From: Thiotrichales bacterium
GTDB lineage: Bacteria > Pseudomonadota > Gammaproteobacteria > Francisellales > CACEW01
NCBI GenBank assembly: GCA_947478175.1
Contig: CANJUQ010000007.1
Span: 10,364 to 74,363, forward strand
Length of the DNA stretch: 64,000 bases
Direction: 5' to 3'
Notes under the pieces: model-generated
Databases searched by the model: none
Told to the model about the DNA's origin: nothing
What the model saw: the letters and a program-made list of their open reading frames with translations, nothing else
Program-made: the position numbers and the translations under genes
Shown: in pieces, positions 24,928 to 34,035 of the stretch
Numbering within the stretch: position 1 is the first letter of the stretch
Layout of the letters: each line of letters begins with the position of its first letter

Positions 24928-26100
24928 TTGACTGATTTAAATAACTTCAATAATTCTTTGGCTGAATACGGCCAGATCCAGACGGAAATTATTCATCTTT
25001 TAGAAACTTCTAAGCGGGCAGTGGCTCGGAATATTAATTCGATTATGACGGCGACTTATTGGGAAATTGGGCGTCGAATTGTTGAGTTTGAGCAAGGGGG
25101 TGAGGGTCGGGCGGGCTATGGCGAGCTTCTAATAGAGCGGCTAGCAATAGATCTGACACAGCGTTTTGGGCGTGGTTTTTCTCAACGTAATTTAGAGCAA
25201 ATGAGGGCTTTTTATTTTAATTGGCCAATAACGCAGACAGTGTCTGCGTTATTTGAAAATTCTGGATCAATTTGCCAGACACTGTCTGGCAAATTCAATA
25301 TTCCTAATATTTTTCAAGAAGATGACGGCTCTTTTGATTTGAAAAACTTAGCCAAAAAATTCGCGCTTTCTTGGTCTGCTTACGTTTGTTTGTTATCAGT
25401 CAAGAACCCAGAGGCTCGTCGTTTTTATGAAATAGAAGCCTTCCGTTGTGGTTGGTCTGTTCGACAATTAGCCAGGCAAATTGATAGCCAGTTTTATGAA
25501 CGAATTGCACTCTCAAGAAATAAAGCAGCCATGTTGGAAAAATCGAGCCAGGCTTCTCCTGAAGATTTTATAAGTCCTGAAGAAGCGATTAGGGATCCTT
25601 TTATTTTTGAGTTCTTAGATCTCAAGGATGAATATTCAGAATCAGATCTTGAAGATGCATTGATTCAACATTTGGCAGATTTTTTATTAGAACTGGGAGA
25701 CGATTTTGCTTTTATAGGCCGTCAGAGAAGATTGCGAATTGACGATACGTGGTTTCGCGTAGATTTATTATTTTTTCATCGACGCTTGCAGTGTTTAGTG
25801 ATTATTGATTTGAAAACTGGAAAGTTTAGCCATGCCGATGCTGGGCAGATGCATCTTTATCTAAATTATGCGCGCGAACATTGGATGAAGCCCGGAGAAA
25901 ATTTACCTGTGGGTCTGATCTTATGTGCCAGTAAAGGAGCCTCAGAAGCCCACTACGCATTGGATGGATTGCCCAATAAAGTCTTGGCTGCGGAATATCA
26001 GATGCTTTTGCCAAAAGAGAATGTCCTCATAGAAGAACTGGACCGTTCTCGGCGAGAATTAGAATCAAGAAAATTAATAGCAGGAGAAAATTTAAAATGA
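24928..26100 (+). CDS. DUF1016/YhcG-family PD-(D/E)XK nuclease-domain protein
   Basis: The N-terminus has TYWEIGRRIVEFEQGG..RAGYGE..I..LA.DLT..FGRGFS.RNL..MR.FY. The C-terminus has DLLFFHRRLQCLVIIDLKTGKF..ADAGQM.LYLNY. The start is TTG, and there is an ATGA overlap with ung. Confidence 0.85.
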   Translation: MTDLNNFNNSLAEYGQIQTEIIHLLETSKRAVARNINSIMTATYWEIGRRIVEFEQGGEGRAGYGELLIERLAIDLTQRFGRGFSQRNLEQMRAFYFNWPITQTVSALFENSGSICQTLSGKFNIPNIFQEDDGSFDLKNLAKKFALSWSAYVCLLSVKNPEARRFYEIEAFRCGWSVRQLARQIDSQFYERIALSRNKAAMLEKSSQASPEDFISPEEAIRDPFIFEFLDLKDEYSESDLEDALIQHLADFLLELGDDFAFIGRQRRLRIDDTWFRVDLLFFHRRLQCLVIIDLKTGKFSHADAGQMHLYLNYAREHWMKPGENLPVGLILCASKGASEAHYALDGLPNKVLAAEYQMLLPKENVLIEELDRSRRELESRKLIAGENLK

Positions 26101-26825
26101 TCGAATCTGCTGAGGCACCCATAGAAAGTATTGGAAACAAAATCAACCTAGAACCCTCTTGGAAATCTCATCTAATTCAAGAATTCTCGAAAGATTATAT
26201 GAAGTCTTTAAAAATTTTTTTAAAAACAGAACATGAATCTAATCAAAATATTTTCCCCAAGGGTTCTGAAATTTTTAAAGCGTTTGAACTCACGCCATTG
26301 GATCAAGTCAAAGTAATTATTTTGGGTCAAGATCCTTATCATCAGATTGGCCAGGCCCATGGCTTATGTTTTTCAGTCAAGCCAGGCGTAACACCGCCGC
26401 CGTCTTTGCAAAATATTTATAAAGAATTAATAGATGACTTAAATATTTCCCCAGAAAAATTTAATGTAACTCAGGGCTGTTTAGAATCTTGGGCTAAGCA
26501 GGGTGTTTTATTATTAAATGCAGTTTTGACCGTTCGAGAATCTCAAGCGGCGTCACATCAAGGCAAAGGCTGGGAGTTATTTACAGATCAAGTGATTGAT
26601 GTATTAAACCAAGAAAAAGAAAATCTAGTTTTTATTTTCTGGGGTTCTTACGCTCAAAAAAAAGGCGAAAGAATAGACCCTAAGAAACATAAAATTATCA
26701 AATCTGTCCATCCTTCGCCTTTATCAGCTTATCGAGGATTTTTGGGTAGTAAGCCGTTTTCTAGAACCAATCAATATTTGAAATATCATGGGATTTCTGA
26801 AATTGATTGGGCTGCTGGGCATTGA
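26097..26825 (+). CDS. ung: Uracil-DNA glycosylase
   Basis: Contains VIILGQDPYH, GLCFSV, LLLNAVLTV and HPSPLSA motifs. Confidence 0.95.
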   Translation: MIESAEAPIESIGNKINLEPSWKSHLIQEFSKDYMKSLKIFLKTEHESNQNIFPKGSEIFKAFELTPLDQVKVIILGQDPYHQIGQAHGLCFSVKPGVTPPPSLQNIYKELIDDLNISPEKFNVTQGCLESWAKQGVLLLNAVLTVRESQAASHQGKGWELFTDQVIDVLNQEKENLVFIFWGSYAQKKGERIDPKKHKIIKSVHPSPLSAYRGFLGSKPFSRTNQYLKYHGISEIDWAAGH

Positions 26826-26928
26826 TTATTTTTAGAGTGCTTTTACAGAGTATTTTTATTGAATAAATTTTATTAAGCCGCTACCGTTCTCGGCCTTTTT
26901 TTATTAGATTTTTTAAGGTTTGAAACGC

Positions 26929-28050
26929 ATGGGGAATCAAGCGGCTCGCAGCATTGTTCAGGACTTGGCAGCTTTAGCGGATGTCAAGATTAATGGCTCT
27001 AGACCTTGGGATATCCAGGTTCATGACGAGCGTTTATATGCCAGAATTTTAAAGCAAGGGTCAATTGGTCTTGGCGAAGCTTATATGGATGGCTGGTGGG
27101 ATTGTGAAAAGCTAGATCAGTTTTTTACGAAAGTTTTGCGAGCAAGATTAGAACAAGTGGTTTTAAACAATAAGCAGTTCTTATGGCGTTTATTTATTTC
27201 TAAATTTTTTAATCGTCAGACAATCGACCGGGCTTTTATCGTCGGTGAGCAGCATTATGATTTAGACAATGATCTATATGAAAAAATGCTAGATCCTCTG
27301 ATGGTTTATTCTTGTGGCTATTGGAAAGAAGCGAATAATTTAATTGACGCTCAGACAGCAAAATTAGATTTAATCTGCCGCAAAGTAGGGTTAAAAAAGG
27401 GCGATCGTATTTTAGATATCGGCTGTGGTTGGGGCAGCTTTGCTTGGTATGCCGCGACGCATTATGGCGTCGAAGTAGTGGGTATTACTATTTCTAAAGA
27501 ACAGGCAAAATTAGCCAAAGAAAGATGTAAAAATCTTCCCGTTGATATTCGAATTCAGGATTATCGATCTTTAAATGAACAGTTTGATCATGTGATTTCA
27601 ATTGGCATGTTTGAACATGTCGGGCCTAAAAATTATCGCGAATATTTTAAAATTGCACGAGGTTGTTTGAAAGATAACGGCCTGTTTTGTTTGCATACAA
27701 TTGGTCAAGGTCCTTCTAGGACTAAAGGCGATGACTGGATGGATAAATATATTTTCCCCAATGGCGTGATTCCTTCTATTGCTCAAGTTGGAATAGCCAT
27801 GGAAGATTTATTAGAAATGGAAGATTGGCATAATTTTGGTCCTGATTATGACAAGACCTTGATGGCCTGGCATGAAAATTTTATGCAACATTGGCCTGAA
27901 TTATCTAAGCGTTATGACGCGAGATTTAAGCGCATGTGGGATTATTATTTATTTTCTTGTGCTGGGGCTTTTCGTTCGAGATCTTGTAGTTTATGGCAGT
28001 TGGTTTTATCAAAAAATGGTCAAGTAGGCGGCTATTTGTCAGTTCGTTGA
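26929..28050 (+). CDS. cfa: Cyclopropane-fatty-acyl-phospholipid synthase
   Basis: Contains LGLGEAYMDGWWDC, HYDL.NDLY, the LDIGCGWG SAM motif and S.GMFEHVG. The track start is TTG at 26920. Confidence 0.9.
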   Translation: MGNQAARSIVQDLAALADVKINGSRPWDIQVHDERLYARILKQGSIGLGEAYMDGWWDCEKLDQFFTKVLRARLEQVVLNNKQFLWRLFISKFFNRQTIDRAFIVGEQHYDLDNDLYEKMLDPLMVYSCGYWKEANNLIDAQTAKLDLICRKVGLKKGDRILDIGCGWGSFAWYAATHYGVEVVGITISKEQAKLAKERCKNLPVDIRIQDYRSLNEQFDHVISIGMFEHVGPKNYREYFKIARGCLKDNGLFCLHTIGQGPSRTKGDDWMDKYIFPNGVIPSIAQVGIAMEDLLEMEDWHNFGPDYDKTLMAWHENFMQHWPELSKRYDARFKRMWDYYLFSCAGAFRSRSCSLWQLVLSKNGQVGGYLSVR

Positions 28051-28068
28051 AAGTTGAAAGAATTAAGT

Positions 28069-29433
28069 TTATCTCCTTTGCGCTAATTCTTTTGCGAAGC
28101 CCAAATAAGTCTCTGGGGTGAGTTCTAATAATTCTTTTTTAGCTTGGCCAGGAATATTCAAAGATTTTATTAGCTCACGCAGTGATTTAAGCGTTATCTC
28201 TTTTTCTTTGCCGCGAGATAAAGCTTTCAGCTGCTCATAAGCGCCTTCTATTTGATATTTTCGCATGACAGTCTGAATAGCTTCTGTCAAAACACTGGGT
28301 GAATTTTCCAGGTCTTTTAATAAAACTTCTGGGTTAGCTTGAATTTTTTGTAAGCCTTTTTCAGTGGCCAAATAAGCTAAATAAGCATGCCCAAAAGCAA
28401 CACCGAGATTTCTCAAAACAGTTGAATCTGATAAGTCTCTTTGGAATCTTGAAATGGGTAATTTTTCAGCCATGTGAATTAATAAAGCATTAGATAGCCC
28501 TAAATTACCTTCACTGTTTTCAAATTGAATTGGATTAATTTTATGAGGCATGGTCGAAGATCCCACTTCGCCATCGACCAATTTTTGAGAGAAATAACCC
28601 AGTGAGATATAGCCCCAAATATCTCGATCAAAATCAATCAAAATAGTATTAATTCGAGAAAGGGTATGAGCCATCTCAGCAATAAAATCATGAGGTTCAA
28701 TTTGCGTGGTCATTGGATTGTAAGTTAGGCCCAGTGAGGTCACAAAGCCTTCTGCGATCTTAGGCCAATCAATTTCAGGGTAAGCAATACTGTGGGCATT
28801 AAAGTTCCCGACAGCGCCGCCGAATTTCCCTAGATATTCTTGTAATTGAAGCTGTCTAATTTGTCTTGAAAGCCGAAAATAATAATTAGCGATTTCTTTG
28901 CCCAGAGTAGTGGGTGTGGCTATTTGTCCATGCGTTCTAGATATCATGGGCTGTTTGGCATATTGGCTCGCAAGACCTTGCAGGCGAGTATTTAATAAAG
29001 ACAAAGCCTGTAATAAAAATCCAGCACCTTCTTGGAGCATTAGGGCATAAGCCAAATTATTAATATCTTCAGAAGTGCAGCCAAAGTGAACAAATTCTTG
29101 ATAGTGGGATAGCCCAGCTTCTTGAAGTTTTTGTTTTATAAAATACTCGACAGCTTTTAGGTCATGTTGAGTAGTTTTTTCGAAATTTTTAATAATTTGA
29201 GCATCTGATAAAGAAAAAGAATCAGAAATTTTTTCTAATAGATTTTCCAGATTTTCAGTATTGTTTAATTCAGGAAGTAGCGAAGATCTAATTAAAAATA
29301 TAAGCCACTGACATTCGATTTGGACGCGATGTTGGATTAGGGCAAATTCAGAAAAAGTATTAGCCATATTGGTTAGCTGGGAACGATATCGACCATCTAG
29401 GGGTGAAAGGGTTTCGAGAGAAGAAAGTTCCAT
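28069..29433 (-). CDS. purB: Adenylosuccinate lyase
   Basis: Contains LSPLDGRY, TSEDINN and the GSSTMPHKINP signature. Length is 454 aa. Confidence 0.95.
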   Translation of the reverse strand: MELSSLETLSPLDGRYRSQLTNMANTFSEFALIQHRVQIECQWLIFLIRSSLLPELNNTENLENLLEKISDSFSLSDAQIIKNFEKTTQHDLKAVEYFIKQKLQEAGLSHYQEFVHFGCTSEDINNLAYALMLQEGAGFLLQALSLLNTRLQGLASQYAKQPMISRTHGQIATPTTLGKEIANYYFRLSRQIRQLQLQEYLGKFGGAVGNFNAHSIAYPEIDWPKIAEGFVTSLGLTYNPMTTQIEPHDFIAEMAHTLSRINTILIDFDRDIWGYISLGYFSQKLVDGEVGSSTMPHKINPIQFENSEGNLGLSNALLIHMAEKLPISRFQRDLSDSTVLRNLGVAFGHAYLAYLATEKGLQKIQANPEVLLKDLENSPSVLTEAIQTVMRKYQIEGAYEQLKALSRGKEKEITLKSLRELIKSLNIPGQAKKELLELTPETYLGFAKELAQRR

Positions 29434-29474
29434 ATAACTATAAGCTCCTAAAATTAGCGCGTGATTTTATGATT

Positions 29475-31859
29475 TTAACAGTAGTGTCTGCAGTCTTTTA
29501 AGGTCTCATCAGCACAAGCTTTAAAATCTTGATAGAGAGAATAAATTTGATTTAAAAATTCCGAGTTTAATGCCGAGTTAAATTCAGCTGGATTTTTATT
29601 TTTTATTTTAATTTTTTGTTCAAGCGTCCGGGCTGATTTTTGAAGCATCTCTGCGCCGCAATATAAAGCCCCACCCATTAATTTATGTAACTGAGAAGCT
29701 AGTAAAATCCAATCTTTATTTTGATAAGCGTTTTCTATTTCTTGCAGATCTTGAGGGGTCTTCTCAGCAAAAATAGACAGTAATTCGAGTGCTAAATTTT
29801 TATTCCCACCGGTTTTTTGAATCGCTAAATCTAGGTTAATAAAATGGCTTCTATCCAAGTTGCTAGGTTGAGGGGGATTTTGGAAATTAGCTTGAGTATT
29901 AATTAAAAATTTATGAATTAAAGATTTAATTTTTTCTAGAGAGATAGGCTTAATTTGAATATCAGAAAAGCCTTTGTTTAATAATTCTTGATCTTGTCCA
30001 GCAACGATATCAGCTGTGAGAGCAATAATGGGCGGCGCTTTTTGTTTTAAGTCTTGCAATAATTTTTGAGTGGTTTCAATGCCATCCATGCCAGGCATCT
30101 GGATATCCATAAAGATTAAATCAAAAGTGTGATGTTTAGCTTTTTCTAGAGCTTCGAGACCCGAAGAAGCTTCGGTGACTTGGAGTGACAAGCTTTCTAA
30201 AAAAGTTTTTAAAAGCTGAAGATTAATCGGGTTGTCATCGACGACTAAAATTTTTGAGATTTTTGAGATTTTTGAGATTTTTGAAATGGAGCTTGAATGG
30301 GAATCAAGATTTTTTATTTCTGTTTTTATAGATTTCATAGGGGCAATAGAAATAGGTAGCGAAAAATAAAATACAGAGCCTTGATTAGGTTCAGAAGTAA
30401 TGCCTATTTCACCGCCCATGGCATGGACTAAGCGCTGAGAAATCACTAAGCCCAAACCGGTTCCGCCAAATTGACGAGTGGCTGAAGTATTCGCTTGGCT
30501 AAAAGCAGTAAAAAGTTTTGACTGTTGTTCAGAAGAGAGGCCACAGCCTGTATCAATAATTTCAAAGCGTAAGTTTATTTTTTCAGAGGAGTTTAAGTTA
30601 TTTTTTATAGCCAAAATTTTAAGGCTCACGGAGCCTGTTTGGGTAAATTTTATAGCATTGCTTAAAAGATTAGAAAGTACTTGGCCCAGTCGAATAGGGT
30701 CTAATAAAACAAGAGGGGGTAAATTTTCTGGGAAAATAAAATTAAGCAAAATAGATTTTTTCTCAGCCAAGGGTCTAAATAATTGTATGGCATGTAAGCA
30801 TTCAGCCTTGAGATCCATGGGTTCTGGGTGAAGTGCGAATTTTCCAGCTTCTATTTTTGAAAAATCTAAGATGTCATTAATGATGCTCAGTAAGTTATGA
30901 CCTGATTTCATAATGATTTCGAGATGATTTTTTTGTGTAGGCGTTAAAGTCAGTTCAGGGGTCTGTAGTAAGAGCTCTGTGTAGCCAATAATGGCATTCA
31001 TCGGCGTTCGGATTTCATGACTCATGTTGGCGACAAATTCAGATTTTAAACGGCTGGCAGACTGAGCTTCTTGCTGGGCTTTTTGAAGCGCCATGTTTTT
31101 GGTTTTTAGCTCTTGAGTCGCGGCATCGATTTTTCCCATTAATTCTTGATGAGAGGATTCTATTTCTTGGGCCATGGCATTAATGCCCGATTTTAAAATG
31201 GTCATTTCATCTTGGGTTTCAGCGTGAACTCTCGTGTTTAAATAACCGTATTGAATTTTTTTAACTGCATCGACAATAGCCAGTAGAGGTTTAGTGATGA
31301 TCTGGCCCAGATGAATCCCTAAGAAAGCACTGAAAAATAAGCCGACTAATAAAATAATGGCTGTAATCAAACAGGTCTGGCGGGCTTCAAAACGTGCTTT
31401 GCTCAAATTATCTTGAATGACGATATAGCCGGTAATTCTGGGGCGATCTTGATTGTCATGCGTGGGCATCAAGCCATAGAGAAAATATTTATTTTGTTTA
31501 AACAAAACTTCGTGAGCCTGAATATTTTGATTTTTAAGAGAAGCAAGCCAATCAGAAAGATCTTTGGGGGGAATAAAATTTGGGGTGATATCAATAGATT
31601 TACCGTTTAAATCAAAGAGCTCTAAAGAAGGAATTTTTTTGAAAGTAGAGAGCTGGGTTATCTCTTGAGGAGTCTGGTGATGATATTCATAGAGCTGATT
31701 TTCGAGTAACAAATGTGCATGGTGATTAATATCAGCCAACCTAAGTTGCAAAAAATAACCGCCTAATAACAAGCCAACGATCAAAGTTGGGATAAACATC
31801 AGTAAAGCTGTTTTAGCTCGTAAGCCGAATCTAATAGGGGGTGTATTTGAGTGATCCAT
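29475..31859 (-). CDS. Tripartite hybrid sensor histidine kinase (HAMP-HisKA-HATPase-REC-HPt), GacS/BarA/LetS-like
   Basis: Has two N-terminal TM segments, the [12 protein letters not shown]-box, N/G boxes (NAIKFT, DTGCGL, GGTGLGL), a REC domain ([10 protein letters not shown]...[14 protein letters not shown]) and C-terminal HPt ([13 protein letters not shown]). The linker contains an [11 protein letters not shown] repeat. Confidence 0.88.
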   Translation of the reverse strand: MDHSNTPPIRFGLRAKTALLMFIPTLIVGLLLGGYFLQLRLADINHHAHLLLENQLYEYHHQTPQEITQLSTFKKIPSLELFDLNGKSIDITPNFIPPKDLSDWLASLKNQNIQAHEVLFKQNKYFLYGLMPTHDNQDRPRITGYIVIQDNLSKARFEARQTCLITAIILLVGLFFSAFLGIHLGQIITKPLLAIVDAVKKIQYGYLNTRVHAETQDEMTILKSGINAMAQEIESSHQELMGKIDAATQELKTKNMALQKAQQEAQSASRLKSEFVANMSHEIRTPMNAIIGYTELLLQTPELTLTPTQKNHLEIIMKSGHNLLSIINDILDFSKIEAGKFALHPEPMDLKAECLHAIQLFRPLAEKKSILLNFIFPENLPPLVLLDPIRLGQVLSNLLSNAIKFTQTGSVSLKILAIKNNLNSSEKINLRFEIIDTGCGLSSEQQSKLFTAFSQANTSATRQFGGTGLGLVISQRLVHAMGGEIGITSEPNQGSVFYFSLPISIAPMKSIKTEIKNLDSHSSSISKISKISKISKILVVDDNPINLQLLKTFLESLSLQVTEASSGLEALEKAKHHTFDLIFMDIQMPGMDGIETTQKLLQDLKQKAPPIIALTADIVAGQDQELLNKGFSDIQIKPISLEKIKSLIHKFLINTQANFQNPPQPSNLDRSHFINLDLAIQKTGGNKNLALELLSIFAEKTPQDLQEIENAYQNKDWILLASQLHKLMGGALYCGAEMLQKSARTLEQKIKIKNKNPAEFNSALNSEFLNQIYSLYQDFKACADETLKDCRHYC

Positions 31860-31914
31860 AGCGCCTTATCTAATCTAGAAAAAGTACGAATAAAAGAAGG
31901 GCGCCGATGCTAGT

Positions 31915-32565
31915 TTATTTAGAATCCCGGTGCAAAAGATCCATAGAGACTTGGATCACAATAGGCAGTAATGAAATAAAAATAACGGCCAAAATAACGA
32001 CGGAAAAATAATGTTGAACCCAAGAAAGATTCCCAAAAAAATATCCTAACCCAGTCACTAAACCAATCCAGAAAACAGCTGCGATAAAACTAATCATCAA
32101 AAATTTTGGATAAGCCATTTGGCCAATCCCAGCGACAAAGGGCGCAAAAGTTCGAATGATGGGAATAAAGCGTGCGAGAATTAAAGTTCTAGTGCCATAT
32201 TTTTGATAAAACTGATGGGTTCTCTCAAGATGTTTATGACTCAGCCATTTGTTTTTATTTTGATTATTTTGATCATGAAAAATACGAGGACCTAAGAGCC
32301 GTCCTAGCCAATAATTTAAATTATCACCCAAGAAAGCCGCCAGAATTAATAAACAAATCAGTCCAAAAAGTTTAATAGGCCCTTGATGGTCTGAAGCTAA
32401 TAAAGCCCCTAGAGAAAACAATAAAGAATCACCTGGTAAGAATGGTGTGATAACTAAGCCTGTTTCGAGAAAAATAATTAAAAATAAAAACGCGTAGGCA
32501 TAAAAACCATAGTGATTTAAAAACGGCCCTAAATAGAGATTTAGGTGGAGAAGGGTGTGGAGCAT
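31915..32565 (-). CDS. DedA-family inner-membrane protein
   Basis: Contains PFLPGDSLLF and the ARFIPIIRTFAPFVAG motif. Confidence 0.88.
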   Translation of the reverse strand: MLHTLLHLNLYLGPFLNHYGFYAYAFLFLIIFLETGLVITPFLPGDSLLFSLGALLASDHQGPIKLFGLICLLILAAFLGDNLNYWLGRLLGPRIFHDQNNQNKNKWLSHKHLERTHQFYQKYGTRTLILARFIPIIRTFAPFVAGIGQMAYPKFLMISFIAAVFWIGLVTGLGYFFGNLSWVQHYFSVVILAVIFISLLPIVIQVSMDLLHRDSK

Positions 32566-32569
32566 ATTT

Positions 32570-33412
32570 TTATAACAAACCTAATTCCCGAAGTCTTTCC
32601 ATTAAATAATCTTCCGCTCTGGGATATTGCGGCGACAAATAATCATCGGCATGGGGGTGTAAAAACAACGGCATAGAAATTCTAGCGACGCCGGCTTGTT
32701 CACCTTCAGGTTTAACCACGCGATGAGAGGTCGAAATATAGTAACGGTCTGTCGCTTCTTGGAGCATGTCACCAATGTTGACTATGAGCGATTCTGGATC
32801 GACGGGAACTGCATGCCATTGACCTTTAGAATCCTTCGCTTGAAGACCCGGCTGTGTAGCGGCAGGCAATATAGTAATTAAATTAATATCTTCATGAGCC
32901 GCTGCTCGAATAGCACCGACTTCTTCTTGGCCCGTAATAGGCGGGTAATAAAGAATTCTTTGTAAAGTTCTTTCGCGGCAAATCATATCTTTTAAAGGTT
33001 TTTTGAGTTTTGCTTGGATTTCTTTAGGTAAATTATCTTCGATCCAGCCGAGTAGCTCTCCAGCCAGTGCAAACGCTTCTTCAAAGACTTCAGCGGTCAC
33101 TGACGAAAGGGTTCTGGGATAACGACCCCAGGGATAATACACATGATAAAATTCTTTAATATCTTTATAGACTTCGCCTTTAGCGATTTCAGAAAGACTG
33201 CTAGGGACATAGCCATCCTGTTTTTTCTTATCAAACGGATATTCAAATCTGACAGGGCTATTAAAAAATTCGCGCCATTCAGAATAAACTTTTTCAATTT
33301 TTGACCAAGGAAGCGGATGATTTCGTAATACGGCAAAACCGGTTTCACTGAGAGATTTAGCAAAGTCGTGCTTGGCTGCGGGGCTACGGTAATCAACGCT
33401 CAGAACTTCCAT
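32570..33412 (-). CDS. 2-oxoglutarate/Fe(II)-dependent oxygenase (isopenicillin-N-synthase-like family)
   Basis: Contains the facial triad HEDINLITIL ... STSHRV and the GDML..ATDRYY pattern. Length is 280 aa. Confidence 0.75.
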   Translation of the reverse strand: MEVLSVDYRSPAAKHDFAKSLSETGFAVLRNHPLPWSKIEKVYSEWREFFNSPVRFEYPFDKKKQDGYVPSSLSEIAKGEVYKDIKEFYHVYYPWGRYPRTLSSVTAEVFEEAFALAGELLGWIEDNLPKEIQAKLKKPLKDMICRERTLQRILYYPPITGQEEVGAIRAAAHEDINLITILPAATQPGLQAKDSKGQWHAVPVDPESLIVNIGDMLQEATDRYYISTSHRVVKPEGEQAGVARISMPLFLHPHADDYLSPQYPRAEDYLMERLRELGLL

Positions 33413-33547
33413 GATTTTCCTTAGTATTTATTTTAAATAAATTAGGTCTAAAAAAGCGGGGCGGATGATATCAAACAAGATCGGTGAAACGAAGGCGCAG
33501 CCGCTGAGTGGGTGCGATTGAAACTGTGGTTTTTAAGTCGAACGATC

Positions 33548-34017
33548 GATTGGAACATCATTGAAGGCTGGCAATGACATGATTCGTCTCGCCCCTCGCG
33601 GGAGAGACAGGCCCGACAGGCGCTAGCCTGTAGGGACAGAGAGGGGGTAAAAAGTAAGGGCGCAATTCATTGCGACCTAACAAAATCAAAAGAATTTCAA
33701 GGTGATTTTGCCTGTTACAAAAAACGCCTGATGATTGAGTTAGATGGCAGTCAGCATCAAGAGGAAAAAATCGTCCAAAAAGATACGCATTGAATAAGTT
33801 ATCTTGAGTCTCAGGGGTTTCGCGTACTGCGATTCTGGAATCACGAAATTTTTAAACAAAAAAGACGTCTTAGAAGCTATTTTTTTAAACCTTCAATAGA
33901 CATTATCTTTTTTTCGACCCCCTCTCTGTCCCTACAGGCTAGCGCCTGTCGGGCCTGTCTCTCCCGCGAGGGGCGAGACGAATCATGTCATTGCCAGCCT
34001 TCAATGATGTTCCAATC
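33548..34017. mobile_element. MITE-like element: 101-bp perfect terminal inverted repeats flanking a 268-bp core
   Basis: The left arm (33548-33648) is the exact reverse complement of the right arm (33917-34017) by my base-by-base reading. The arm reads GATTGGAACATCATTGAAGGCTGGCAATGACATGATTCGTCTCGCCCCTCGCGGGAGAGACAGGCCCGACAGGCGCTAGCCTGTAGGGACAGAGAGGGGGT. No transposase is present. Confidence 0.8.
33650..33899 (+). pseudogene. Decayed DUF559 (Vsr-like endonuclease domain) gene remnant inside the MITE-like element
   Basis: It translates to ..DFACYKKRLMIELDGSQHQEEKIVQKDTH*..YLESQGFRVLRFWNHEIF.., which matches the DUF559 pattern D..C....L.IE.DG..H.....D..R...L...G..VLRF.N.E.. It is interrupted by a stop and a frameshift and is N-terminally truncated. 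Confidence 0.65.
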
Positions 34018-34035
34018 ACCCGTCCTGTTTGAATT

